From assembly GCA_963823335.1 (NCBI GenBank), contig CAWGLD010000005.1:160001-224000 (forward strand): DNA of 64,000 nucleotides, read 5' to 3'. Positions 40,524-50,343 of this stretch are shown here, in pieces. Both the position numbers and the translations under genes were made by a program. Below the pieces are notes generated by a model that made no database searches, was not told where the DNA came from, and saw nothing but the letters and a program-made list of their open reading frames with translations. This stretch comes from an uncultured delta proteobacterium. GTDB taxonomy: Bacteria > Desulfobacterota > Desulfobacteria > Desulfobacterales > B30-G6. Positions within the stretch are counted from its first letter, which is position 1; each line of letters opens with the position of its first letter.

Positions 40524-42799
40524 AGGGCAACATCATCGGAAAGAGAATCCCGAGGATCGACTCGGTTCCCAAGGCCACAGGCACAGCCCAGTACACCGTG
40601 GATCTGAAACTCCCGGGGATGATTTACGGCAAGATTCTGCGAAGTCCTGTTCCCCATGCTAGAATCAAGTCCCTGGATGTGTCCAAGGCCAAAGCGGTTC
40701 CGGGTGTCTGCGCCGTGATCACGGCCGACGACGTTCCCATGGGAAAGTTCAGTTTTTTTCAATGGCTGGCGGACAAAACAATTTTCGCCTCCGACAAGGT
40801 GCGTTACGTGGGCGACGAAGTGGCCGCGGTTGCCGCCATCGATGCAGATACTGCCGAAAGGGCCATCGAACTGATCGAGGTCGAGTATGAACCTTTAGCG
40901 ACGGTTTTTGATGCAGAAGAAGCCATGAAAGAGGATGCACCACGGATACATGACGGCGAAAGCAACGTGGGATTCAAGGTCGAGCGACATTTCGGTGATC
41001 CGGACAAGGCCTTTGATTCGTGTGATTTTGTGGCTGAGGGGCGTTACAAAACCGACCGGGTTGCACATTGTTGTCTTGAAGTATCCAATTGTGTGGCTTC
41101 GTGGACGCCGGACGGGCGGTTGACCATTATGACCAATGCTCAAGCACCGCACACCCAAAGACAGGAAGTAGCCCATATACTAGACATACCGTTGCGTGAC
41201 GTACGGATTATTAATTCTCATATGGGTGGCGGATTTGGTTCCAAGCTAGTGATGGACATGAAGTTGCCCATCGCTGCGGTACTGTCGAAAAAAACAGGTT
41301 GCCCGGTCAAGATCCAGAACACAAGGGCCGAAGAGTTTTCTACAGCCAAAACCCGCTATGGATACACCATGTATGTCAAAACCGGCGCCAAAAAAGACGG
41401 CACCCTACAGGCAAGGACCGTCCGGGTTGTTGCAGACAACGGTGCCTATCACGATAAGGGCCCGGCCACTCTCAATTTTTCATCGATGATGTTCGCAACC
41501 TTGTACAATATACCCAATATTCATTACGAGGGTCTGCTGGTCTATACCAACAAACAGATGGGTACCGCGTTTAGGGGTTTTGGCAACCCGCAACTGACCT
41601 TTGCCTGCGAGGTCCAGCTCGACGAACTGGCTGAAAAAATGGGTATGGATCCCATTGAAATCAGACGCATCAATGCAAATTATCCCGGTCAAAAATTACA
41701 GTGCGGCGCAATAGTTCCCACCTGTGGGCTCAAGGAGTGCATCGACGTGGCGGCTGAAAAAATCGCCTGGAAAGAGAAATTCAACCGCAAAGAGAAGCTC
41801 AGGGGTGTTGGTGTTGCCAATATGGTCCACACGGCGGCCGGCGGCCGTTACTATGGTTACAATGCCACGGATTCTTTTTTGAAGATTTCCGATGATGGTA
41901 CGGTTTCCATTGTCACCCCCGGTCTCGAAATGGGCCAGGGAGTTCACACGGTGGTGGCCATGATCGTGGCGGAAGAGCTTGGGTTGGACATGAAATCCGT
42001 CAAGGTGCTCTCCAACGATACCGATCTGACACCCTTTGATCTCGGTTCCTGGGGCAGCAGAGCAACCTTCGTGGTTGGCAATGCCGCCTTGGCAACGGCT
42101 CGCGAAGCCCGGACTGTCATTATCGAGACGGCTGCCAAAATGCTCGATGCAAAACCGGAGTTTGTCGATCTCGAAAACGGCATGGCCCTAGTCCGGTGTC
42201 CGGGGTTGCCGGAGAGATCCGTGAGCATGGGAGAACTCGCCGCTTACGCCATCAATAAACTGAAAGCACCCATTTCGGTCAGGGGTCAATGGGCGGATGA
42301 TATTCCTGAGGATTGGGATATCAAAACGGAGTTTGTTAAAAATGTCAGAAGCTTCGCCTTTGCAACCCAGACCTGCGAGGTTGAAATCGATGCGGGCACC
42401 GGAGAGGTCAAGGTGCTCAAGTTCGTGGCTGCCCATGAAACCGGAACAACGATGAATGAAATGCTCGCCGAAGGGCAGATTGAAGGGGCGGTCATGCAGG
42501 GTATCGGTTTTACGCTTATGGAAGCGATGACCCTCGACAATGGCCGAGTGGTCAACGATGGGTTTCTGGATTACAAACTCCCTACCTTTGGCGAACAACC
42601 TGAAATAGATGTACAGCTCATCGAGACCGGTGATCCCCATGGGCCATATGGAGCAAAAGGAATCGGTGAAGCCGGGCTGGTGCCCACTGCTGCTGCGCTT
42701 GCCAACGCTATCTACGATGCGTCAGGAATACGGGTGACGGAACTGCCCGTCACCCGTGAATTCATACTCAATGCGTTGAGGGAAAAGAAGATGTCCTGA
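40520..42799 (+). CDS. Xanthine dehydrogenase-family molybdopterin subunit
   Basis: GGGFGSK, AFRGFG, EMGQG, GSRAT, EGQIEG, GAKGIGE catalytic Glu. Confidence 0.95.
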   Translation: MKGNIIGKRIPRIDSVPKATGTAQYTVDLKLPGMIYGKILRSPVPHARIKSLDVSKAKAVPGVCAVITADDVPMGKFSFFQWLADKTIFASDKVRYVGDEVAAVAAIDADTAERAIELIEVEYEPLATVFDAEEAMKEDAPRIHDGESNVGFKVERHFGDPDKAFDSCDFVAEGRYKTDRVAHCCLEVSNCVASWTPDGRLTIMTNAQAPHTQRQEVAHILDIPLRDVRIINSHMGGGFGSKLVMDMKLPIAAVLSKKTGCPVKIQNTRAEEFSTAKTRYGYTMYVKTGAKKDGTLQARTVRVVADNGAYHDKGPATLNFSSMMFATLYNIPNIHYEGLLVYTNKQMGTAFRGFGNPQLTFACEVQLDELAEKMGMDPIEIRRINANYPGQKLQCGAIVPTCGLKECIDVAAEKIAWKEKFNRKEKLRGVGVANMVHTAAGGRYYGYNATDSFLKISDDGTVSIVTPGLEMGQGVHTVVAMIVAEELGLDMKSVKVLSNDTDLTPFDLGSWGSRATFVVGNAALATAREARTVIIETAAKMLDAKPEFVDLENGMALVRCPGLPERSVSMGELAAYAINKLKAPISVRGQWADDIPEDWDIKTEFVKNVRSFAFATQTCEVEIDAGTGEVKVLKFVAAHETGTTMNEMLAEGQIEGAVMQGIGFTLMEAMTLDNGRVVNDGFLDYKLPTFGEQPEIDVQLIETGDPHGPYGAKGIGEAGLVPTAAALANAIYDASGIRVTELPVTREFILNALREKKMS

Positions 42800-42807
42800 A
42801 CCGAAAA

Positions 42808-42914
42808 AGCGAGCGCATTCCCCGTAGCTTGCTGCGGGGTTAGCGAGCGAATCTAGATTAGACAGAATTCCTTACGGTCGAAGATTACTCGGAGCTTGCT
42901 GCGAGGTTCTTCAA
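42808..42914 (+). repeat. Dispersed repeat family A, long copy (REP/MITE-like)
   Basis: agcgagcgcattccccgtagcttgctgcggggttagcgagcgaa...ccttacggtcg...agcttgctgcgaggttcttcaa. Confidence 0.85.
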
Positions 42915-43160
42915 TAGCCCTTTAGGCTTACCCCGGGTAAATTATTGAAAGGGGTCTGGCGATTTTGTACGGTACGGGAACGGCTGGTCGGGTGGTTCAA
43001 TGGATCGATCGGTTGTTTTAATCGGATCAACATACAATTTAAAATGATTTTCGTTCAATAAATTATCCGCCATTGACACCAGATTTTCTCGGTGAACGAA
43101 TTTCGGATAAAGATGTGAACCGATCGATCCGCTATGGTATAGCACCTGAGGTAGACAGAC

Positions 43161-44693
43161 ATGAACGCTCAACCACTCATTAGAACCACCGGTATAACCA
43201 AATCTTTTCCCGGTGTCCTGGCGAATGATCATATCGACTTTGATCTCTTTCCCGGAGAGGTCCACACACTTCTGGGAGAAAACGGCGCCGGAAAAACAAC
43301 TTTGATGAACATCCTTTACGGGCTGTATCAACCCGACCAGGGGCGTATCGAGGTAGGCGGGCAGGAAACCCATATTCGTTCTCCCTACGATTCACTGAAG
43401 CTTGGTATCGGCATGGTGCACCAGCACTTTGCGCTGATTCCGAACATGAGTGTTCTTGAAAATCTCGTATTGGGGTTCGAAGGCGGGTTTGTATTAAACA
43501 TGAAGGCTGCTGAAATAAAGCTGGTACGGATTTCAGAAGAGTATGGGCAGGCCATCGATCCACATGAATTGATCCAGAACCTCTCCGTGGGAGAACGTCA
43601 GAGAACCGAAATCATAAAGACACTTTTTCGCGGTTCCGAGGCCTTGATTCTGGACGAACCCACCTCGGTTCTGACGCCCATCGAAGCGGAGGAGCTTTTT
43701 CAGACCATTATTGCACTGAAAAAGGCCGGCAAGGGAGTGGTCCTGATTACCCACAAGCTGAACGAAGCACTGGCCATATCAGATCGCATCAGCATTTTAA
43801 GTCTGGGCCGCAAGATTGCGGAGCTGGATGGTGATGAGCTTCGTGCCATGGGCGAAAAAGAAGCTACCAAAAAAATTCTGAATATTATGTTCGGGGGTAA
43901 ACCCATACCCGAATGTTCCCTGGTGGAGAAAACAATTTCGGACCAGGTTGTCTTACAACTCGAGGATGTTGAGGTGATGAACAGCCGAGATGTAATCGGT
44001 CTGAAGAAGGTCTCTTTTGAAATTCATGGGGGAGAGATATTTGGGATCGCAGGTGTCGACGGTAACGGGCAGAAGTCGCTATGTGAGGCAATTGGCGGTC
44101 AACGTGAGCTCGTATCCGGGCGAATACGATTCAAAGGAGAGGATATTTCACGCCAGAGCATCTCCAGGCGACACGAGATGGGTATATCCTATATTACGGA
44201 CGACCGTATGAATGAGGGATGTGTCCTCGACTTGAGCCTGTCTGAAAATGCTATTTTAAGGGGGTACCGCCGGCAACCCTACTCCCGGTTTAACATTATC
44301 AATAACAGGGTTGTTGACGGGTTTGCCAACACGTTGATCATGGATTTTGACGTCAAGGCAACCGGTCCGGATGTCAGGGCCGGAACACTCAGCGGCGGCA
44401 ATATCCAGAAATTCATCCTGGCCCGCGGGCTCTCCACCAAGCCGGGATTGATTGTCTGCAGCAAACCCACCTACGGACTGGATGCCAGGACCGTTAGCTA
44501 CATTCAAGAGCTGCTTCTGGAAGAAAGCAAGCAGGGTACCGCCGTTCTGCTCATCACTTCAGATATGGATGAACTGATCAACTGCTCAGACCGGATAGGG
44601 GTCCTGTTCAATGGTAAGATCATGGCTATTTTGGAGACGTGCGACGCCACACCGGAAAAAATCGGCAAGCTTATGCTTGGTATTGAAGAATAG
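43161..44693 (+). CDS. Nucleoside/sugar (CUT2) ABC ATPase with two NBDs
   Basis: GENGAGKTT, GMVHQHF, DEPT, GVDGNGQ, LSGGNIQK. Confidence 0.93.
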   Translation: MNAQPLIRTTGITKSFPGVLANDHIDFDLFPGEVHTLLGENGAGKTTLMNILYGLYQPDQGRIEVGGQETHIRSPYDSLKLGIGMVHQHFALIPNMSVLENLVLGFEGGFVLNMKAAEIKLVRISEEYGQAIDPHELIQNLSVGERQRTEIIKTLFRGSEALILDEPTSVLTPIEAEELFQTIIALKKAGKGVVLITHKLNEALAISDRISILSLGRKIAELDGDELRAMGEKEATKKILNIMFGGKPIPECSLVEKTISDQVVLQLEDVEVMNSRDVIGLKKVSFEIHGGEIFGIAGVDGNGQKSLCEAIGGQRELVSGRIRFKGEDISRQSISRRHEMGISYITDDRMNEGCVLDLSLSENAILRGYRRQPYSRFNIINNRVVDGFANTLIMDFDVKATGPDVRAGTLSGGNIQKFILARGLSTKPGLIVCSKPTYGLDARTVSYIQELLLEESKQGTAVLLITSDMDELINCSDRIGVLFNGKIMAILETCDATPEKIGKLMLGIEE

Positions 44694-44702
44694 AGGAACA
44701 AC

Positions 44703-45734
44703 GTGAAAAAAATTGAGTTCAACGACATCGCTCCCGCATTTTATTCTGTGCTTTCCATCGTATTTGCCCTGATCACCGGGGCCGTCATCCTGATCTTTAT
44801 CGGTAAGAATCCATTGCTGTACTTTGGGCAGCTTTTCTTTCAGGGGATGTTCAGTTCCCTGGGTCTTGTGGAATCCATTATCAAAATGGCACCGCTCCTG
44901 ATCATCTCGGCCGGTCTTTTAGCCTGTTTTTCAGCCGGGTTATGGAATATCGGTGTGGAAGGCCAGTTCTTGATCGGAGCGGTTCTGGCCGGGTGGAGCG
45001 CACCCACGTTGGCCAGCCTGCTGCCGTATCCTATCTACTTGCTTTCCGTAGCTTTGCTGGGGGCGCTGGGGGGTATGTTCTGGATCCTTCTTCCTGCCGT
45101 TCTCAAAGCACGCTACGACATGAACGAGATTATCACCACGATGATGATGAACTGGGTGGCCATCAGCCTGGTCACATGGCTGGTCAAGGGGCCCATCAAT
45201 GATCCCACGACCGTTCCGGCCCAGACAGCGCTGATCCCAATGGAGTACCGTCTTTCCATGATTCCGTTTACATCAATCCATATCGGTCTGATTGTAGGGA
45301 TTATCTGCCTTTTTATCATGCACTACGTAATCCGTAGAACGACCCTCGGGTATGAGTTTCGGGTGCTTTTATCCAACAAATGTGCGGCATTTCACTCCGG
45401 CATGAGTGTCGCCCGAATTACCATCTGGGGGCTTTTAATCAGCGGTGGCTTTGCCGGTCTGGCCGGGGTTAGTGATGTCATTGCCATCAAGGGGCTATTC
45501 CAAGGAGACTGGAATCCGGCATATGGAATGACGGCCATTCCTCTTGTATTTCTGGCAAGATTTAATGGGTGGGCGGTTGTTCCTCTGGCATTTTTCTTCT
45601 CATTTTTAATTGTAGGGGGAGAGTTCGTAGCCCGGGATCAGGGGGTGCCGATCTTTTTTGTTCACATTCTGGAAGGATTGACCCTCCTGTTTTTCGCAGC
45701 CTCTGAATATATAGAAAAAAGGAGGGCAATCTAA
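44703..45734 (+). CDS. Nucleoside-type ABC permease 1
   Basis: WNIGVEGQ, NEIITTMMMNW. Confidence 0.9.
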   Translation: MKKIEFNDIAPAFYSVLSIVFALITGAVILIFIGKNPLLYFGQLFFQGMFSSLGLVESIIKMAPLLIISAGLLACFSAGLWNIGVEGQFLIGAVLAGWSAPTLASLLPYPIYLLSVALLGALGGMFWILLPAVLKARYDMNEIITTMMMNWVAISLVTWLVKGPINDPTTVPAQTALIPMEYRLSMIPFTSIHIGLIVGIICLFIMHYVIRRTTLGYEFRVLLSNKCAAFHSGMSVARITIWGLLISGGFAGLAGVSDVIAIKGLFQGDWNPAYGMTAIPLVFLARFNGWAVVPLAFFFSFLIVGGEFVARDQGVPIFFVHILEGLTLLFFAASEYIEKRRAI

Positions 45735-46672
45735 TGAGTTCCCTAATGGATATGGCTTTGATCGGTGCGGTTATGGCATCTACCCTCAGGGGAACTACAC
45801 CCATTCTTCTGGGGGCCCTGGGCGAGACCTTTGTGGAGCGCTCAGGTCTGATGAACCTGGGTCTCGAAGGGATGATGGTGGCGGGCGCCTTCGCATCCTT
45901 TTTGGTTGGATTCAAACTGGACAGTCTATTGCTCGGTTTTGCTGCGGCCGCCGCTGTCGGGTTGGTTCTGGGTCTTCTTTTTGGATTTATGGCCATCACC
46001 CTCAGGGTGAACCAGATCGTGGTCGGACTCGGTATAACCATTTTTGCACATTCCAGTTGCAGTTTTCTGCACCGTGTTATTTTCGGGAATCAATTCCCTA
46101 TTATGTTCACTGCGGGTCAGACAAATGAAATACCATTTCTGTCCAAAATACCCTTGATTGGTCAACCTTTATTCAACCAGCACTGGTTGCTGTACCTGAC
46201 CTTTTTGAGCGTACCTGTGCTCTATTTTATCATGTACAAAACCAGTCTGGGTCTGAGAATCCAAGCCGTGGGGGAAACACCTTGGGCAGCGGATTCGTCC
46301 GGTGTAAACGTTCTTAAAACCCGCTATATAACGATCCTGTTCGGAGGCGCTATGGGAGGACTGGCCGGTGCATTCATGTCTCTCGGGGACCTGGCTTTTT
46401 TTGTACCCAACATGATCATGGGTCGGGGATACATCGCCATCGTCGTGGTCATGCTTGGGAAATGGGATCCGTTTAAAGTGTTTCTTGGAACGCTTTTGTT
46501 TGGATTTTCCATGTCCCTGACCAGTGCGCTGCAGGTGGCCGGGGTAAATATCAGCCCCGATTTTATCCTCATGACGCCCTATCTTGTCGTCATCGCTACC
46601 CTGCTGATCTTCGCGCGATCGACAAACCTGCCGGCAGCACTGTGTATCCCGTATGAGCGGGGTCAAAAATAG
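45734..46672 (+). CDS. Nucleoside-type ABC permease 2
   Basis: ERSGLMNLGLEGMM, AVGETP, GRGYIAI. Confidence 0.92.
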   Translation: MSSLMDMALIGAVMASTLRGTTPILLGALGETFVERSGLMNLGLEGMMVAGAFASFLVGFKLDSLLLGFAAAAAVGLVLGLLFGFMAITLRVNQIVVGLGITIFAHSSCSFLHRVIFGNQFPIMFTAGQTNEIPFLSKIPLIGQPLFNQHWLLYLTFLSVPVLYFIMYKTSLGLRIQAVGETPWAADSSGVNVLKTRYITILFGGAMGGLAGAFMSLGDLAFFVPNMIMGRGYIAIVVVMLGKWDPFKVFLGTLLFGFSMSLTSALQVAGVNISPDFILMTPYLVVIATLLIFARSTNLPAALCIPYERGQK

Positions 46673-46804
46673 ACTGCATCGTAATCATATCGTTAATCAA
46701 GCATTGAAAGGGGGTGATGGCAAGCCAACACGAAACTTGAATGAAACAATCTTAACTGAAAATGCTTCAACAATTTCTCAATCCACAAAATAAGGAGCGA
46801 CAAC

Positions 46805-47842
46805 ATGAGAAGAATTCTAGCGACAGCGACAACCCTGGCGATTATGATCTGCCTTTCAACCAGTCTTGTCCTGGCAGCCGATCTGCCGAAACTGGTGGGG
46901 CTGACCATTCCAGAAGCGGGCACGGATAAAGGGTGGAACGAACAAGGTAAGGTGGGGCTTGAAATGATTGCCGCAAAATACGGTTTTAAAATGGAGCTGG
47001 GCGAGGCCCTAGGTTATGGTGATATCAAACCAACCCTTCGTGACATGGTCAAAAAAGGGAGTGATTTGATTATCTGTCACGCTTCCGGGTATCAAACAGT
47101 TGCTCCTGAAATCGCACGAGAAACCGGCGTACGGGTTGTCACCACTGAAAATCACAAAGACGTTACCCCGGGACTGATTAGCGACATCGACACCCAACCC
47201 CAGGGCGGCTGCTATATGGCTGGTTATCTGGCCGGCAAGATGACGCGTTCGAACATTGTCGGTATCGTTACTTCCGGGGAGCCACCCACATGGAACCGGA
47301 TGTCGGCAGGGTTTGCACAGGGACTCAAGGCGTCCAACCCCGGTGCCAAACTTCTGTACAGCATCATCGGAGAGGCGGCTTACGCAGATGCGGCCGGTGC
47401 CAAACGGAACACAGAGGATCAGATCGCCGTGGGTGCGGATGTTATTTTCGGAATGGGTGACGGTGCTTCCTTTGGCATGCTCCAGGCCTGCTCTAGCAAG
47501 AAAGCCAAAGACGGCGGCAAGGTCTGGTTTATCGATGTCATCGGCGACAAGCGTTCCATTGACAGGGCCGACGTTCTGTTGAGTTCGGTGCTGTGGGACA
47601 TGTCGGTGGTCTACGACGAGATCATCCAGAGCTGGAAGGACGGTTCATTTGGCAAGCAGCATTGGGTTGCCATGGATAACGGGGCCATCCGTCTCTTGGA
47701 ACCGAACAAGGCTGTTTCGAGCGAATTACGTAAAGAGATCGAGGGCCTGGAAGCAAAACTGAAATCCAAGGCCATCGCTGTGGTGGACATGCCGGTAGCC
47801 GCAGATCTTCATAAGTACCTGGACGAGCAATTCCCGAAATAA
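46805..47842 (+). CDS. BMP/PnrA-family substrate-binding protein
   Basis: Signal peptide, DKGWN, YMAGYLAG, GADVIF. Confidence 0.88.
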   Translation: MRRILATATTLAIMICLSTSLVLAADLPKLVGLTIPEAGTDKGWNEQGKVGLEMIAAKYGFKMELGEALGYGDIKPTLRDMVKKGSDLIICHASGYQTVAPEIARETGVRVVTTENHKDVTPGLISDIDTQPQGGCYMAGYLAGKMTRSNIVGIVTSGEPPTWNRMSAGFAQGLKASNPGAKLLYSIIGEAAYADAAGAKRNTEDQIAVGADVIFGMGDGASFGMLQACSSKKAKDGGKVWFIDVIGDKRSIDRADVLLSSVLWDMSVVYDEIIQSWKDGSFGKQHWVAMDNGAIRLLEPNKAVSSELRKEIEGLEAKLKSKAIAVVDMPVAADLHKYLDEQFPK

Positions 47843-47858
47843 ACCTTCAACTGCAAAT

Positions 47859-47887
47859 TCCGGGGGACGATTTATTTGTCCCCCGGA
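47859..47887. terminator. Stem-loop between convergent genes
   Basis: tccgggggac-N9-gtcccccgga. Confidence 0.65.
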
Positions 47888-47927
47888 GTAAACCCATGGT
47901 GCCGGTGTTTGTTCGGTTTCGGACCCT

Positions 47928-49274
47928 TTACCTGGGCTCGCCGTACATCTCCACTTTGGACCAGCTATCAAGCATTGCCATGTATGCCTCCCGGGTGAAA
48001 GCCGTTTGGTGGTTCCTTAGAATACTTCGTGCTGCTTCGGCATCACCCCACAACAAGTCAACTGCGGTCATCGCCATCAGTTTGGCCACTTTTGTGTAGA
48101 CAGCCGATCGGTCAACGAGCTGCCAGCTTTTACCATGTGGGGATCCGACGGCGCCGGCCAGATACGGATGGAGTGCCGGCATAATTTGTGAAAGATCGCC
48201 CATGTCCGTGGACCCGCTGCGATGCGGAACTAGGCCGAATGCATCGTCGCCCAACAACGCGCGACTGTTGGTACCGAACACATCCGTCATTTCCGGGTTG
48301 TTCGTCATGGGCAGATAGCCAGGAATCGTTTTGATTTCGACACCGGCACCCAGGGCCATGGCGCCTGCGCGGAGGGATCGGTCCACCTTTTCGGATGCAT
48401 CCCGTATGGCTTCCTCCGTCCGTGCCCGTACAAACATCTCCAGCCAGACTTCCGAAGGCACCGTGTTGACGGAATCACCACCCCGGGTGATGATGGGGTG
48501 AACCCGTACGGAATCCGAATCTTGAAACGTCTCTCTCTGAGCATGAATGGCCGCTATCGCAAGGTGGGCAGCGTTTAAGGCATTGATGCCTTGGTGAGGC
48601 GCTAGGCCGGCATGGGCCGATCTTCCTAGAAAACGGACTTTCTTTACCACAAAACCGTTGGATGACTCGGCTACGGCCACGGTGGGAAAGTCGGCACTGC
48701 TGTGAATGTGTATCATCAGCGAAAGATTCACGTTATCAAAAAAGCCCAGCTTGATGAGTTCCTGCTTTCCGCCCAAATAGGAGATCAGCCCTTCCTTCTG
48801 CAAACCCTCCCGGAACTCGATATCAACGTATTCTTCGGCCGGTACACAAAAGAAAATGATTGTTCCGGCAATATATGGCGCTACCCCCGCTGCCGTCAGA
48901 CCGAGAACGGCCCCTAAGAGCCCGGCAACCTGTGCGTCGTGACCACAGTTGTGCGACACCCCGGTCTCCGGATCAGCCCAGGGATGGTCCGGTGCAGGCA
49001 GGGCGTCCATTTCACCAATGAGGGCTATGGCAGGGCCGTGGCGTTTCCCCGCGAGTCGACCCTTGACGCCGGTTATGGCCAGTCCGGACTCAACAGAAAG
49101 ACCTGCTTTTTCCATGATGCGGACTGAGAGGTCGGCGGTTTGAAATTCCTTATAGCCGAGTTCGGGTTTTTTGCGTATTGCGTCGCCTATCGCTGTGATA
49201 TCTTTTGTCTGCCCATCGATAATGTCGCAGATCTTTGTTTTGAGTGCTTTCTTGCTGTTTACGGTCATTCCCAA
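47928..49274 (-). CDS. M20D amidohydrolase (ACY1L2/AbgB-like)
   Basis: PELGYKE, GEMDAL, HNCGH, PAEE, GRSAHAG, GSTDMGD. Confidence 0.92.
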   Translation of the reverse strand: MGMTVNSKKALKTKICDIIDGQTKDITAIGDAIRKKPELGYKEFQTADLSVRIMEKAGLSVESGLAITGVKGRLAGKRHGPAIALIGEMDALPAPDHPWADPETGVSHNCGHDAQVAGLLGAVLGLTAAGVAPYIAGTIIFFCVPAEEYVDIEFREGLQKEGLISYLGGKQELIKLGFFDNVNLSLMIHIHSSADFPTVAVAESSNGFVVKKVRFLGRSAHAGLAPHQGINALNAAHLAIAAIHAQRETFQDSDSVRVHPIITRGGDSVNTVPSEVWLEMFVRARTEEAIRDASEKVDRSLRAGAMALGAGVEIKTIPGYLPMTNNPEMTDVFGTNSRALLGDDAFGLVPHRSGSTDMGDLSQIMPALHPYLAGAVGSPHGKSWQLVDRSAVYTKVAKLMAMTAVDLLWGDAEAARSILRNHQTAFTREAYMAMLDSWSKVEMYGEPR

Positions 49275-49327
49275 TTACCCCCTGTCACATTTTTACAGCA
49301 GCTCTGTTTCGGCACCGGTTGACTGGA

Positions 49328-50128
49328 TCAAAGTGTCATTTCAATTTGAATAGCGCAGAATTCGAGCGTAAACATAGGCATGATACGGTTTGTTATTTTG
49401 GATGAAAAAAAGTGATCGAGATTGGCATAAATGGTTTCGACACCACCCATACGGCTTGTCAATTCGCCATTGGGATGAAGCACCATATTTTTTATTTCAT
49501 CCAGCTGAAGTTTGCCGTCCGCCAGGGTCGTGCCCGTCAAGTGGATGATATTCCCTGAAGAATCGGCCTCTTTAAAGCGAAAAGATCCGACAAGCTTCCC
49601 CATGTGAAACAAAACCTGCATTTCAAGGGAGCGGCCGCTTCCGTTTCCGTAGCCCCGATTGACCAAGACGGTCAAAGGTCCGTGCAGGCGATTATTCTTG
49701 AAAGAAATCCGGGCGACAACCCCCACTTTTTCTCCCGTGCGGATCCACTCACCCGCTCGTTTGCCTTGGTCAAAGTGGATTTTGAGACGCGATTTGCCAT
49801 TTTCATACCAGGCCAGACATGCGCCGTCCAGACGATCATCGATAAAACTGCTGATCAATTTCCGGTTTCCGTTTTCGTACCACAACAGGTGCCGGCCGTT
49901 TCTTTTCCCGTGGGCGAATACGGTTTCTTCGGCCAGGGCACCGTTTGGGAACCACCGACGATACACATCATCGGCACCCGCGCTAAGGTCAAGCGGATCA
50001 ACGACTTTCTGTTCTGCGTTCTGCCCGGTTTCGTGGGTACGGTCAGGGTTCACAACAGCCGCACAAGAGACGGCGAGAAAACCCAGACATAGAATAAACA
50101 GCCGCCGCCATCGTTTTTTATGGATCAT
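49328..50128 (-). CDS. MORN-variant (YwqK-like) repeat lipoprotein
   Basis: Repeated WFPNG/WYENG units, lipobox AVSC; start reassigned to 50128. Confidence 0.7.
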   Translation of the reverse strand: MIHKKRWRRLFILCLGFLAVSCAAVVNPDRTHETGQNAEQKVVDPLDLSAGADDVYRRWFPNGALAEETVFAHGKRNGRHLLWYENGNRKLISSFIDDRLDGACLAWYENGKSRLKIHFDQGKRAGEWIRTGEKVGVVARISFKNNRLHGPLTVLVNRGYGNGSGRSLEMQVLFHMGKLVGSFRFKEADSSGNIIHLTGTTLADGKLQLDEIKNMVLHPNGELTSRMGGVETIYANLDHFFSSKITNRIMPMFTLEFCAIQIEMTL

Positions 50129-50343
50129 GATCACCTCGATATCTGCACAAATAGAAGTCGATTCTGGGCTTGTTTTCTCCTGCCGGTTTTGATAGTTTTG
50201 TGATGCATGAGAAAAGTTCGACAGGGTATTTTTAAGGTTAATATCCTTTGGATATATAGAGATTTTCCCGTGCTTAAGCAACTGATTATTTATGCTTATT
50301 GTGCATGCTGTTTTGTTATCCTCTCTATATTGGAGTCAACGAA

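Noticed and set aside
39175-42799. 4-hydroxybenzoyl-CoA reductase or aerobic CO dehydrogenase
   Set aside because: The FAD subunit lacks the HcrB [4Fe-4S] insert; the large subunit has AFRGFG rather than AYxCSFR; no CoA ligase nearby.
34014-47842. Ordinary purine/pyrimidine catabolism (PreA + XDH + nucleoside ABC)
   Set aside because: No PreT, dihydropyrimidinase, deaminase or nucleoside phosphorylase, and it does not explain PPAT, UbiD or the FHMPC-DH-like gene. Ranked lower, not excluded.
49328-50128. Toxin-antitoxin module (YwqK-like antitoxin)
   Set aside because: No adjacent toxin; MORN-variant repeats are generic and the protein has a lipobox.
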